Shown piece after piece: positions 9,630-19,366 of a DNA stretch of 64,000 bases. A model generated the notes under the pieces. That model was not told the DNA's origin and made no database searches. It was given only the letters and a program-made list of their open reading frames with translations. The DNA is taken from the IMG/VR virus record IMGVR_UViG_3300020036_004192, positions 1 to 64,000 of that record; one strand, given 5' to 3'. Origin of the DNA: a virus. Each line of letters begins with the position of its first letter. Position 1 is the stretch's first letter. The position numbers and the translations under genes were made by a program.

Positions 9630-10664
9630 ATGTTACAGATCAAAAGAACAGGTGCGTCTGACTATGGACGCTACATAAAAGCACTAATTGCGGGAAACTC
9701 CGGTGCTGGTAAGACCTTACTATCGAGTTGCTTCCCGAATCCTATTTATGCTTCTGCTGAAGCAGGACTTATGTCGATTGCTGATAGGGATATCCCTTTC
9801 GTTGAAATTAAGTCGTTGGATGACCTTCTCAACCTGAAACGCATGCTAGACCAGGACCCCCTGGTACGTGAGCAGACATTAGGTTTTCCTGTTGAAACTG
9901 TGGTCATCGATACAATCGATGAGGTGCAAAGAATCATCATTCGTGAGCGGCTTGCCTCACAGCGCCGAGACGCAACCAATCTTCAGGATTGGGGTTTCAT
10001 CGGTTCACAGATGCAAGCTATTGTTTCTGGTTTTAGAAACCTTGAAATGAATGTTATCTTCACTGTGCATCTAAAGGAAGTCAATGACGGGGACAGTGGG
10101 CAGATCTGGTTCAACCCAGGTATCCAAGGTGAAATGGGTAAGCAGATTACTGGCTATGTTGACCTGGCTCTGCTACTAAAGACCAACACTGTCAGCGAAT
10201 TAGTGGACAATAAGCCAGTGAGAAAGCAGGTCCGGGTTCTTACGACTGTGCAGTCCCCCCAGTTCCCCTGGGTTAAGGACCGTTCGGGTAAGTTGCCTGC
10301 TGAAATCCCTGTCAACTTTGAAGATGACTACGATAGGATCGTATCCTACATTTATGGTGATGTAGATTTGAAGGACACGGTTGAAATTAACATTAGCGAC
10401 GAAGCACTGATTAAAGCTAATGGGACTACTGATGATGACATCATCAAGGATGCTATTAAAGAAGAAGAGGTTGCTGTTGAGATAGCTAACAGGAAGAAAA
10501 CCATGTCAAGTATTGCCCCTGAATCTTCTGAGCCAGAAGAGGAATATCCATGTGATGTAGATGGTTGTACAGAGATGGTAGCTAAGAAGCAATCAGAGTT
10601 AAGTAAGATCCGTTATAGGAATGTGCTTTGTCGGGATCATTATCTTGAAAAGGCTAAGAAGTAA
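9630..10664 (+). CDS. RecA-fold P-loop ATPase (AAA_24 / Sak4-like recombination mediator) with C-terminal Cys zinc finger
   Basis: Walker A GNSGAGKT, Walker B VVIDTIDE, and a C-terminal CDVDGC...CRDHY. Confidence 0.6.
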   Translation: MLQIKRTGASDYGRYIKALIAGNSGAGKTLLSSCFPNPIYASAEAGLMSIADRDIPFVEIKSLDDLLNLKRMLDQDPLVREQTLGFPVETVVIDTIDEVQRIIIRERLASQRRDATNLQDWGFIGSQMQAIVSGFRNLEMNVIFTVHLKEVNDGDSGQIWFNPGIQGEMGKQITGYVDLALLLKTNTVSELVDNKPVRKQVRVLTTVQSPQFPWVKDRSGKLPAEIPVNFEDDYDRIVSYIYGDVDLKDTVEINISDEALIKANGTTDDDIIKDAIKEEEVAVEIANRKKTMSSIAPESSEPEEEYPCDVDGCTEMVAKKQSELSKIRYRNVLCRDHYLEKAKK

Positions 10665-10705
10665 AAATCTACAAATAGTAGTGACTTAATGAGAGAGGGA
10701 AAATA

Positions 10706-11164
10706 ATGACATTTAAGCTAGGTGAGTACGAAGTAGAAGAGGCAATCCCCGAGGGCACTGTTCATCCGGTAGAAATTACTAAGTGTGAGGTACGTGATTC
10801 GTTCTATGATATTGATGAGAATGATCCTTCTAAGGGCAAAAAGCAGCAGGTATCTTTTCATTTCAAGATCACGGAAGGTGAGTTTAGTGGCCGAATGGTA
10901 TTCGGCAATACTCCTACCACTTTCACGCTTCACCCCGACTGTAAGCTTCGGGCCTGGGTGCAGTCTATCCTAGGGTTTGATGGCATCCCTGTGGGCTTTG
11001 AGTTTGAGCCTGAGGATCTTGTCGGTATGGTTGCTAAGGTTGTGATTGGCACTCGGCGCAAGATCGCTGCCGATGGGACCACTGTTGAGAAGAACTTTGT
11101 TGCGGACGTGCTTCGTTCGGGGTCTTCGTCAGCCGACCCGTATGTAGCCGATGATCCGTTTTAG
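10706..11164 (+). CDS. Hypothetical protein (152 aa) in the recombination module
   Basis: Good RBS (GAGAGGGAAAATA then ATG); followed by an intrinsic terminator. Confidence 0.5.
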   Translation: MTFKLGEYEVEEAIPEGTVHPVEITKCEVRDSFYDIDENDPSKGKKQQVSFHFKITEGEFSGRMVFGNTPTTFTLHPDCKLRAWVQSILGFDGIPVGFEFEPEDLVGMVAKVVIGTRRKIAADGTTVEKNFVADVLRSGSSSADPYVADDPF

Positions 11165-11187
11165 TCTGTAAGCTTTAGTTTAAGGCC

Positions 11188-11226
11188 AAGAAGGGAGCGT
11201 GTTCATCGCTCCCTTCTTTTAGTTAT
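11188..11226 (+). terminator. Rho-independent terminator
   Basis: 12-bp GC-rich stem (AAGAAGGGAGCG/CGCTCCCTTCTT) with a 7-nt loop, followed by TTTTAGTTATT. Confidence 0.6.
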
Positions 11227-11237
11227 TAGGAGATTAT

Positions 11238-12197
11238 GTGACAAAGTTAGATGACGAAATTAAAGCTATCAATAAAGACTACGGAGAGGGATCAATCATC
11301 GCAATGGGTGATGCCCCTAATTTAGAAATTGAAGTTATCCCTACCGGCTGCATTGCTTTAGATAGGGCATTAGGTATTGGCGGCTTACCTAAGGGGCGAG
11401 TGATTGAATGCTTCGGCCCGGAGGGAAGTGGGAAGAGCACCCTTGCTTTGCACCTTGTTAAGTCAGCACAGGAGAAGGGTGGTAAGTGTGTGTATGTTGA
11501 TACAGAACATGCGCTTGACCCTACATATGCTGAACGTATTGGGGTTAATGTTGATGATCTACTCATCTCGCAGCCCACTACAGGCGAAGAGGCTCTAGAA
11601 ATCGTTCTAAGGGTCGCAGCTACTGGTGAGGTAGCTTTGGTAGTCGTGGACTCTGTGGCAGCCCTGGTGCCCGCTGCAGAGCTTAATGGGGACATGGGGG
11701 ACTCACACGTTGGGCTGCACGCCCGTCTAATGTCCCAGGCTATGAGAAAGCTTACTGGCACGGTATCTAAGACTCATACTACAGTTTTCTTTATTAATCA
11801 GATTAGAGAAAAGATAGGCATCCTGTTCGGTTCACCAGAAACCACGTCGGGTGGTCGAGCTTTAAGGTTCTATGCTAGTGTCAGATTAGATATTAGACGT
11901 ATTGAATCTATCAAAAATGGTGTGGAGATTATTGGCAATAGAACTCGGGTGAAGGTTATTAAGAATCGCATGGCCCCACCGTTCAAGCAAGCAGAGTTTG
12001 ACATTATGTATGGTGAGGGAATTTCACAGACTGGTTCCCTGTTAGACGTAGCTGTACAGGAAGAGGTAGTTCGCAAAAGCGGTGCATGGTTCTATTATGG
12101 CGAAGAGAAATTAGGCCAGGGTAGAGAGGCTGCTAAGCTTACACTTTCTGACGAAGATTTGTTCAATAGGATTTCCAATGATTTAATGAAAGTTTAG
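11238..12197 (+). CDS. recA: RecA recombinase
   Basis: [23 protein letters not shown] and [14 protein letters not shown] are near-identical to RecA signatures. GTG start with an AGGAGA RBS. Confidence 0.9.
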   Translation: MTKLDDEIKAINKDYGEGSIIAMGDAPNLEIEVIPTGCIALDRALGIGGLPKGRVIECFGPEGSGKSTLALHLVKSAQEKGGKCVYVDTEHALDPTYAERIGVNVDDLLISQPTTGEEALEIVLRVAATGEVALVVVDSVAALVPAAELNGDMGDSHVGLHARLMSQAMRKLTGTVSKTHTTVFFINQIREKIGILFGSPETTSGGRALRFYASVRLDIRRIESIKNGVEIIGNRTRVKVIKNRMAPPFKQAEFDIMYGEGISQTGSLLDVAVQEEVVRKSGAWFYYGEEKLGQGREAAKLTLSDEDLFNRISNDLMKV

Positions 12198-12204
12198 GTG
12201 GTAA

Positions 12205-15153
12205 GTGGCAGATGTAGAAGGTTATCTTTTAGATAAGAAGTGGCCTTTCAAGAGAGCAGGGAACAATGAAATTCATGGTCCCTGCTTCTTTTGTAACGAG
12301 GATCAGTCTTCAAGGGGAAGATTGTATATTAACGTTGACCCAAGTGGCGACCCTCCTGGGCTGTTCACTTGTTTCTTATGCGACGAACGTGGTGCACTAA
12401 ATAAGCTTCGTAAGCATTTCGGTGACCCAGTTTTGAAAGAGGATTCTCAAATAGAGAATTCTTATAGGGTGTCGCAGGTCTTGCAGTCAGCAGCAGAGCA
12501 CTACTACGAGTCTTTAGCTGAGAATGAATTTGCTTACGATTATCTTAAGGACGAACGTGGTTTAACTTTTGAAACAATTGAATCACATAAGCTAGGGTAT
12601 TCGGATGGCAAATCTCTTATACCATTACTGTTTAAGCAGGGGTTCACTAAAGAAGAGGTTATTGCGTCTGGCATGATGGACCAGTATGGCAGAGAATTCT
12701 TAGCAGGGTGCATCGCTATTCCTTATCTAAGCTTCGGTAAGGTGCTTCAAATTCGTGGACGGAAACTAGATAACTCTAAAAACAAATACCTAACCCCTAC
12801 TGGCCATAAAGCCAAACTGTTCAATGCGGATAGGGTGGCGACCAGCACGGAGGTCGTGGTTGCAGCCGGTGAGTTTGATGCGATGGTATTGGAGCAGTAT
12901 GGTTTTGACGCTGTTGGGGTTCCGGGAGAGCTATCATGGCAAGACGGTTGGAATGACTACCTATCTTCGGCTTCCAGGGTCTATGTCTGTCTAGATGCTG
13001 ACGAGACTGGCGCTCGTGGTGCAGAGAAGATTTCTATTTCGATTGGCGCTCGGGCCAAGATTGTCAAGATGCCGCCAGATGATGATGACGGCACAAAGAA
13101 TGACCCTACCGAATGGCTTATTGGTAAGCAACATTCTGCGGACGACTTTAAGATGTTGCTTATTAAAGCTAGGGGTGGTATTCTTCTAAGCGTAGATGAA
13201 GCATGGGATGAGTGGGAAGAAGATCGGTTCACTGGTGGATTGAAGCTTGGCATCGAATCTATAGATTCTCGCATCCAGCCAGGTCTGAAACCAGGCCAGG
13301 TTGCTGTTATGCTTGCAAAAACAAATGTTGGAAAAGGTCACCCCTTAGATACTGATGTTCCCACTCCTAATGGAATTAGAAAATGGGGAGATTTAGAAGT
13401 TGGAGACTATGTTTTTGGTAGCAATGGTCACCCAACTAGAATAACAGATGTATTTGACCGTGGGGTATTGCAGACATATAGGGTTACTTTTAGTGATCGC
13501 ACGTCTACTATTGTAGATGGTGATCATATTTGGACAGTTTTAGAGCGATATGGTCGTGAGAGAAAATGGATAAAATCTTCTAATTATTCAACAAAGGATT
13601 TGATGTCTAAGAATCTTCATGCTGGATATAAGAATAGAGAGTATCGTTACAAGATCCCCATGTGTTCTCCCGTCCAATACGATCATAAGGATTTACCTGT
13701 CGATCCGTACACCTTAGGCGCTTTGATATCTAATGGATACTTAGCTGGGGGTTCTGTAGCTTTAACCACCCCTGATCCCGAAGTGGCTGCTAGGGTGCGA
13801 GAGGTATACACTGTTGTAAAAATTAACCGTAAAGGTGATGTTTGTGATGCATATACAATTCATAATTTGATTTCTACCATTAGGGGGATGGGGTTAAATG
13901 TAAAAAGTGGTTTAAAGTTTATCCCGGAAGAGTATTTCGTCTCTTCGGTGGAGCAGAGAGTGGCATTATTGCAAGGACTTATGGATGGTGATGGCAGTAG
14001 TAGACAAAATCAGAATCGCAAGTCATGTAATTATTACAGTTCATCTAGACAGCTTTTGAAAGACATGATAAGGCTTGTAACTTCTCTCGGTGGTACTGCT
14101 ATGGAATCTTGGATTCAGAGGAATGAAGATGTTGTACCGGAAGGTCAATTGTCAATTATGTTACCAGATGAGATAAAAGCATTTTCATCTATTAGGAAGA
14201 ATATAGAACCTACGGTAATAAATAAGACAACCCCGATGCGAGCTATAGTATCAATTAAGCCTGAGGGCGAGTCTGAGATTAGGTGTATTTCTGTAGACTC
14301 TGAGGATTCTTTATATCTCATTGAGAAGTCTCATATTGTTACACACAATACTATTATGATTCTCAATATCTTCCATAGATTATTGATGTCAGATCCTAGT
14401 AAGAAGATATTGTTTGTCTCTTTAGAGCAAACGCGGGCTGAGTGGTTCGAACGTGCTAGACGGATCTATAGGTTCTATAATCCGCAAGCTAGTGATAGAG
14501 ATTGTCTGGATTTCTTTAGAGATAGACTTTTAATTATTGACAAAAACCGTGTAACCCCCGATGAATTTATAAACTGCGTAGAGCAGTACGAGTTTGAACT
14601 AGGTGCTAAGCCAGATTTTGTTGGTGTAGATTATCTAGGTTACTGGGCAAGGTCCTTTAAAGGTGAGGGGTACGAACGCACTGGCGCAGCCATCATGGAA
14701 ATGAAGGCTATAGCTAAGGATTTGAAGTTAACGATATTCACACCGCATCAGGTGAACCGTGGGACTAAGTTTGGTGAAGAGATTGAAGCTGATAGTGCTA
14801 GAGACGCTGGCACTGTAGAGGAAACTGCAGATTTCGTATTCTCTTTATTTTCAGATGACAACATTAAAGGCAGGCAGGAGGATGAAAAAACTGGTGAAGT
14901 TAAGATGAGAATTCTTAAGTCAAGACACGGAGGTAAGAATGCCTTGACTTCTTTCCAGTTCGCTCCTTTGTCTCTAGCTATGATCCCGCAGGGCGACCCC
15001 TTAGTCTTAAGAGCTAAAGATGAGCTTAAAATGGAGCAGCAGCGTGATAACTTTGAGACTGCAATCTACCGGCATGCTACGGGTGATAGGAGAATTATTG
15101 TACCAGACGATGACTTGTTTAACTGGCAGGCAGAATTAGGATTGGGAGAGTAA
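12205..15153 (+). CDS. Bifunctional primase-helicase (T7 gp4-like: Zn-finger plus TOPRIM primase plus DnaB-family helicase) containing an intein
   Basis: Zn motif CFFCNE...CFLCDERG, TOPRIM VVVAAGEFDAMV, Walker A AKTNVGK|T split by the insert, and DnaB-like downstream motifs. Confidence 0.85.
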   Translation: MADVEGYLLDKKWPFKRAGNNEIHGPCFFCNEDQSSRGRLYINVDPSGDPPGLFTCFLCDERGALNKLRKHFGDPVLKEDSQIENSYRVSQVLQSAAEHYYESLAENEFAYDYLKDERGLTFETIESHKLGYSDGKSLIPLLFKQGFTKEEVIASGMMDQYGREFLAGCIAIPYLSFGKVLQIRGRKLDNSKNKYLTPTGHKAKLFNADRVATSTEVVVAAGEFDAMVLEQYGFDAVGVPGELSWQDGWNDYLSSASRVYVCLDADETGARGAEKISISIGARAKIVKMPPDDDDGTKNDPTEWLIGKQHSADDFKMLLIKARGGILLSVDEAWDEWEEDRFTGGLKLGIESIDSRIQPGLKPGQVAVMLAKTNVGKGHPLDTDVPTPNGIRKWGDLEVGDYVFGSNGHPTRITDVFDRGVLQTYRVTFSDRTSTIVDGDHIWTVLERYGRERKWIKSSNYSTKDLMSKNLHAGYKNREYRYKIPMCSPVQYDHKDLPVDPYTLGALISNGYLAGGSVALTTPDPEVAARVREVYTVVKINRKGDVCDAYTIHNLISTIRGMGLNVKSGLKFIPEEYFVSSVEQRVALLQGLMDGDGSSRQNQNRKSCNYYSSSRQLLKDMIRLVTSLGGTAMESWIQRNEDVVPEGQLSIMLPDEIKAFSSIRKNIEPTVINKTTPMRAIVSIKPEGESEIRCISVDSEDSLYLIEKSHIVTHNTIMILNIFHRLLMSDPSKKILFVSLEQTRAEWFERARRIYRFYNPQASDRDCLDFFRDRLLIIDKNRVTPDEFINCVEQYEFELGAKPDFVGVDYLGYWARSFKGEGYERTGAAIMEMKAIAKDLKLTIFTPHQVNRGTKFGEEIEADSARDAGTVEETADFVFSLFSDDNIKGRQEDEKTGEVKMRILKSRHGGKNALTSFQFAPLSLAMIPQGDPLVLRAKDELKMEQQRDNFETAIYRHATGDRRIIVPDDDLFNWQAELGLGE
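13336..14349 (+). mobile_element. Class-3-type intein (~338 aa) with LAGLIDADG homing-endonuclease domain in the helicase P-loop (between Lys and Thr)
   Basis: No Cys/Ser at intein position 1 (GHPLDTDV). Block B DGDHIW (Trp), block F RCISVD (Cys), terminal HN then Thr+1, giving a WCT signature. LGALISNGYL and LLQGLMDGDGS are LAGLIDADG motifs. Confidence 0.7.
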
Positions 15154-15600
15154 ATGGGTTTCACTAGTTATACTAAAGTTGAGGACGTTGTAGATGGCAA
15201 GAGTTTTGCTAGATACTGCCAGCAGAGAATGGGGATTCCGTACCCTACAGGTAAGCAGATAGCTATCCTTAACCGATCACTTAAGGCATTTTTTAAAGAG
15301 TACCCTCATTGTGATTACAGAACACTTGTTCGAGTGGCGGATTGGTGTCATGCCCGTAAGAAGAGATATGCAACGCCAGAAGGCGTTGTAAGCTCTTACA
15401 GGTACGCTTGGGCAGCAGGAGCCATCCCTGAGCTTACAGGCGCTCTGGAGCCGATTGACGAGGCTCTGGAGGCAAGCATAGTGAAAGCCTTGGAGGTTGA
15501 GAGTGATCCGGCTTGGCGGGAGCGTCTAATTGGCTCTACTGGGTCTGGTAGGAAGTTAGTTTATGAAGCTTGGTCTAAGACACAAGGAGTTGCAGCATGA
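15154..15600 (+). CDS. Hypothetical protein (148 aa)
   Basis: ATG immediately follows the upstream stop; tiled operon arrangement. Confidence 0.5.
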   Translation: MGFTSYTKVEDVVDGKSFARYCQQRMGIPYPTGKQIAILNRSLKAFFKEYPHCDYRTLVRVADWCHARKKRYATPEGVVSSYRYAWAAGAIPELTGALEPIDEALEASIVKALEVESDPAWRERLIGSTGSGRKLVYEAWSKTQGVAA

Positions 15601-15833
15601 CTAAAATAAGTTTGTACCTGAGGGATTATGACTGGATTTCAGGGGAGTTGGAACCTGAGGATCTTTGGGAAGATCCACCTGAGCAAATTACTGCAAAAGC
15701 TGTTGCCGAAAGAATTGGCACATTGTCTGCCAGAATAACAGTTATCGAGCCAAATAAACATTATACACAAGAAGAGTCTTTATTCCCAGAGTTGCGACCA
15801 GATCAGGTCAATGTAACATTTGCTGGAATATAA
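15597..15833 (+). CDS. Hypothetical protein (78 aa)
   Basis: ATGA overlap with the upstream gene. Confidence 0.45.
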   Translation: MTKISLYLRDYDWISGELEPEDLWEDPPEQITAKAVAERIGTLSARITVIEPNKHYTQEESLFPELRPDQVNVTFAGI

Positions 15834-15859
15834 ACCAAACGAAAGGGGTTGAGCTTGTC

Positions 15860-16015
15860 ATGAGCACAACTAAACAGATATGGGAATGTCCTCAATGTAA
15901 GAGGACATATGATAGTCCTATCAAAATTAGTCAAGCTATCTGCATGCAGAAGCACAATGAAAAAAACATGAAGCTAATAAAAGGGGAGATGCCCCTGGTC
16001 AGGAGTGGGAAATGA
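15860..16015 (+). CDS. Small Cys-containing protein (51 aa; CPQC...C), below the ORF-track cutoff
   Basis: ATG at 15860; the stop overlaps the next start (ATGATG). Sequence begins MSTTKQIWECPQCKRTYDSP. Confidence 0.4.
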   Translation: MSTTKQIWECPQCKRTYDSPIKISQAICMQKHNEKNMKLIKGEMPLVRSGK

Positions 16016-16539
16016 TGGTGAAAATCATTAAGGACGGCAGGGAGCAGTTTGATGGGCTACCTGTAACCATCTATGTAAACAAGTTCAATGGTTCATTTGA
16101 CCTAGAAGAGAATGACGACATCAAGCTAGCATTTGATGATATGGTTGAATTCAGGGTTGTGGCTAGGGTTGGGGCAGCCGGTATTACCGAGACCGCCAAG
16201 GGCGACATTAAGCGCACAAACACTTACAAGGTGGTTGGGGCAGAAGTAATGTCAGTAAATAGTATTCCAACAGTTCGTGATGAATACACGGAACCTGAAT
16301 GGATTCCGAGCCGAAACATTGATGTTGATACTGGTGAAATTGAATACGACGGTACGAACATGAACTCTGAACCAGTTCGGATCAGCCGAGTCCCTATGGG
16401 TAGTGATCCTGAATTAGATTCATTCTTGAATGGCAGAGAAGAGGCTAATCCTGAGGTCGTGACTGCCGTTCGTGCAGCCCCTAGTAAGAGTAGTTCTGAC
16501 GAAGAACTACAGTCGTTTCTATATGGACCTAACAGATAA
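16012..16539 (+). CDS. Hypothetical protein (175 aa)
   Basis: Tiled; overlapping start and stop. Confidence 0.5.
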   Translation: MMVKIIKDGREQFDGLPVTIYVNKFNGSFDLEENDDIKLAFDDMVEFRVVARVGAAGITETAKGDIKRTNTYKVVGAEVMSVNSIPTVRDEYTEPEWIPSRNIDVDTGEIEYDGTNMNSEPVRISRVPMGSDPELDSFLNGREEANPEVVTAVRAAPSKSSSDEELQSFLYGPNR

Positions 16540-16784
16540 TGTCAGATCAAGTTAAAGTAACGTCAATAGCTTTTAGTGATGACTACATCAACATCCAATA
16601 CATTGAGATGCGTGAGCAAACCAAAGCAATAGCTGTGATGAGGTCTGTAGTTATAGATACAGAATTCCTGAATGAAAGGCTAAGCCGGGAATTAGAAAGC
16701 GTCATTGAAGATACAGAAGATTTCCTTGACAACGTACTTGCTGAAAACGGCAGAATTAAACCAGAAGAGCAAGAGGAAGAATGA
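16539..16784 (+). CDS. Hypothetical acidic protein (81 aa)
   Basis: TAATG overlap with the upstream gene. Confidence 0.45.
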   Translation: MSDQVKVTSIAFSDDYINIQYIEMREQTKAIAVMRSVVIDTEFLNERLSRELESVIEDTEDFLDNVLAENGRIKPEEQEEE

Positions 16785-17041
16785 GTTTTATTATAGACTC
16801 TGAGCCGTGGATGGATGAAGCAGCTTGCGCCTCAGGCGCTGCTACTGCTGACTACGATATCTTTTTCCCCGAGGACGAGAAAGATAAGGGGCCAGCCATG
16901 CGATTCTGCAACTCGTGTCCCGTTAAAGAGCAATGCTTAGACTATGCGCTCAGGAAAGATATCAACTACGGCATATGGGGTGGGTTTAATAGTAAAGAAC
17001 GAAGGAAGTTAGTGAGGATGGGATTAAATGCAACTATTTGA
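16781..17041 (+). CDS. whiB: WhiB-like (Wbl) Fe-S transcription factor
   Basis: Four Cys (C...C..C.....C) and the GIWGG turn motif: CASGAATADYDIFFPED...CNSCPVKEQCLDYALRKDINYGIWGG. Confidence 0.85.
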   Translation: MSFIIDSEPWMDEAACASGAATADYDIFFPEDEKDKGPAMRFCNSCPVKEQCLDYALRKDINYGIWGGFNSKERRKLVRMGLNATI

Positions 17042-17408
17042 GGTAGGTGATTTTACCTTAGCAAGCGGAGCTAGTAGTGGATGGAAAATTGAATGTGACG
17101 CTCTAAGTGATCAAGACTGGGATGGAGTAGCTTTAATGTTAGTAGAGTGCATCAGGCCATTCGATGAGGTCTGGGGCGTCCCTACTGGTGGAGTCCCGTT
17201 CGCTAAGGCGTTAAAGAAGTATTCCCGAAAAGGGTTTGGTCCTCTAGTAGTAGATGATGTGTGGACCACTGGTGGTTCCATGCGTTCATATATTGACATG
17301 ATGGGCAAGCTGACTGCTGACTGCCAGAGTGCAGTCCTATTTGCTAGAAACCCTGTACCCAATTGGGTTACAGCACTATTCACGATGCCACCCGCTTTGC
17401 GCCTCTAA
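17028..17408 (+). CDS. Hypothetical protein (126 aa)
   Basis: Tiled ORF. Confidence 0.5.
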   Translation: MQLFEVGDFTLASGASSGWKIECDALSDQDWDGVALMLVECIRPFDEVWGVPTGGVPFAKALKKYSRKGFGPLVVDDVWTTGGSMRSYIDMMGKLTADCQSAVLFARNPVPNWVTALFTMPPALRL

Positions 17409-17410
17409 AA

Positions 17411-17824
17411 ATGCAGGTACGGTGTGGACGCTGTAGAGGACATTTCAATAAAAAAGAAATGAAAAAAAGGGGCTTGCAGTATTTCTGTGAAGAAACCTGC
17501 AAGCCCCTAGTTAAAGTTAAAACTAAAACAGTGAAGTTGTCTGCGTTCGATCGTGAATATGAGTTAATTCGACCTGCTATAGTGGAACGTGATCGGGTTT
17601 GTCGTGGTTGTGGTGCCCCCGGTAAAGAGGTTCATCACATTTATTATCGTAGCGAGCAGGAGTGTACCAACTCTCTCTTGAACCTGATTTACTTGTGTAA
17701 TAAATGTCATCTATTAGTTCATTCAGATAAGAAGAAATACCAACCAATGCTGTTAGGTATTTCTTGGTTATATTACACGGAAGGTAGACGAGTTTCTTTA
17801 ACATCGTTTGAAGCTTGTAGTTGA
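17411..17824 (+). CDS. HNH endonuclease (137 aa)
   Basis: CRGCGAPGKEVHHIYYRSEQ...CNKCHLLVH. Start taken at the ATG right after the upstream stop (ORF track gives 17363). Confidence 0.7.
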   Translation: MQVRCGRCRGHFNKKEMKKRGLQYFCEETCKPLVKVKTKTVKLSAFDREYELIRPAIVERDRVCRGCGAPGKEVHHIYYRSEQECTNSLLNLIYLCNKCHLLVHSDKKKYQPMLLGISWLYYTEGRRVSLTSFEACS

Positions 17825-17882
17825 AATTCTTTAGTAAGAGGCTGGGTCCAATCTATCCTAATCCATTTATTTACCTTTTTAA

Positions 17883-18296
17883 TCACAACTTTAACCTTCC
17901 TTGTGGGATTTCTTGATTGGATTCAAGAACATACCTATAATCAGACTGAGGCCAAATAGGCCCACGGTGATCTTTAGTGATGAAAGCAGCGTCTACTATG
18001 CCGCCATCTTCATCATACCATGCAATATGAAAATCAAACCTCATACCGTCTGCCGTGAAAGGGGTGTACCACATTCTCCCGCAGTCGAACAGGACTGCTG
18101 CAACATCTAGGTCTGCAGAGTCTAAGCCGAGTAGCCCCACTGTGCGGCTCTCAGGAGTGTCTGCAACCTTTACGGTGAAGGTGTGGTCACCTACCGTGAC
18201 ACGTCTGACGGCACTAGAAGTTATCCAGTGGTTCATTTTGTCTCTCTTTCTTAGGTAGATCTGAACAAAATGCATTGGTATCTTCGTCAAGATCAT
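17883..18296 (-). CDS. Hypothetical protein (137 aa)
   Basis: First gene of the leftward block; convergent with the HNH gene. Confidence 0.45.
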   Translation of the reverse strand: MILTKIPMHFVQIYLRKRDKMNHWITSSAVRRVTVGDHTFTVKVADTPESRTVGLLGLDSADLDVAAVLFDCGRMWYTPFTADGMRFDFHIAWYDEDGGIVDAAFITKDHRGPIWPQSDYRYVLESNQEIPQGRLKL

Positions 18297-18708
18297 CAGC
18301 TAGTGCATCTCCTGTTTGTCTATATCGTTCAATAATGCTTTTTATTTTATCTTTAAACTGAATTCTGACTACTGTCATCCCATGTTTAACGGATGCGTGG
18401 TAGTAGCCTGACTGCACAATCTTCGCATCAGCCATGGCTTTAAGCATTGGAAAGTATTTATCTTCCGGTATCACAGTGTCAATATATAAATGGAAGTGGC
18501 CAGGTGTTTTGGATTCGATTAGTCTGCATGGTAGATCAATGTCTATACATGGGGCATGCATGCCAGGGGAGACTAGAGAAACATAGACATTAGGCTCTTC
18601 ACCTTCCGGCACCGGCTTTGGGCCGTTCCCCATATAAATACCGATGCCTCTTTTCTCAGCCTCTTTAGCCCTATTCTCATCTATCCAAAACTTAGGTCTA
18701 GAAATCAC
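18214..18708 (-). CDS. Hypothetical protein (164 aa)
   Basis: Long ORF with regular amino-acid composition. Confidence 0.45.
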   Translation of the reverse strand: MISRPKFWIDENRAKEAEKRGIGIYMGNGPKPVPEGEEPNVYVSLVSPGMHAPCIDIDLPCRLIESKTPGHFHLYIDTVIPEDKYFPMLKAMADAKIVQSGYYHASVKHGMTVVRIQFKDKIKSIIERYRQTGDALADDLDEDTNAFCSDLPKKERQNEPLDNF

Positions 18709-18789
18709 GGAAGAATTCCGTGATGTTCGTCTTTAAATCCCATGCGCATAGCCCTAATAAGATTATAACTGCAGCTACAATTAATTTTA

Positions 18790-19137
18790 TCATTGTACTC
18801 CTACATACGTCCACACTGGACAGCCGTAATTAATCACTGTTGAATTCTTAGAGTCTCCAGGGCCGTAGGCAACCATAATGGAGCCGTTATTAAATCTTAC
18901 TATCCCAGCACTATCCAAAGGCACATGTGGTAGCGCAACCTCCCCGCAAATTAAGTCTTTCATTTCCCTAAACCCCGGCGCTCTCTTCAATTCTGGCAGC
19001 GTAGAGTACATTAACTTAGCATGCATCTTACCTTCTGCCACAAAAAACATGTGTCTGTTATTGAGCGGTGGTATTGAAATTCTGTAAAGTCTCATATGCT
19101 TTAATAGCAATCTTTCTAGATATCTGCCACTTAACAT
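18790..19137 (-). CDS. Hypothetical protein (115 aa; start may be an internal Met)
   Basis: ORF track. Confidence 0.4.
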   Translation of the reverse strand: MLSGRYLERLLLKHMRLYRISIPPLNNRHMFFVAEGKMHAKLMYSTLPELKRAPGFREMKDLICGEVALPHVPLDSAGIVRFNNGSIMVAYGPGDSKNSTVINYGCPVWTYVGVQ

Positions 19138-19366
19138 CAGCTAAGTAGCCTACTAGTAGAGCAACTAGTATAGGCCAAAACATGTATGATACTAGAATCA
19201 AATTCAGTAACCATAGCACGGTGAATAGGTTCGGTTTAAAAGTCACACCTAATTCTACGTTGAGAAAAGTGAAACAAATAACACCTATAATGGTGCCAGT
19301 AAGCCATACCATTTTAACCTCGTTTAGAAACGTAAATCCAGTTGGAAGGTAAATCTTCCTTGGCAT
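19058..19366 (-). CDS. Hypothetical membrane protein (102 aa, 2-3 TM)
   Basis: Hydrophobic segments VWLTGTIIGVICFTFLNV and LFTVLWLLNLILVSYMFWPILVALLVGYL. Confidence 0.4.
   Translation of the reverse strand: MPRKIYLPTGFTFLNEVKMVWLTGTIIGVICFTFLNVELGVTFKPNLFTVLWLLNLILVSYMFWPILVALLVGYLADVKWQISRKIAIKAYETLQNFNTTAQ

Noticed and set aside
10706-11164. Assigning the 152-aa protein as the DUF669 partner of Sak4 or as an SSB
   Set aside because: The position is suggestive, but no diagnostic motif was recognised by eye, so it is left as hypothetical.
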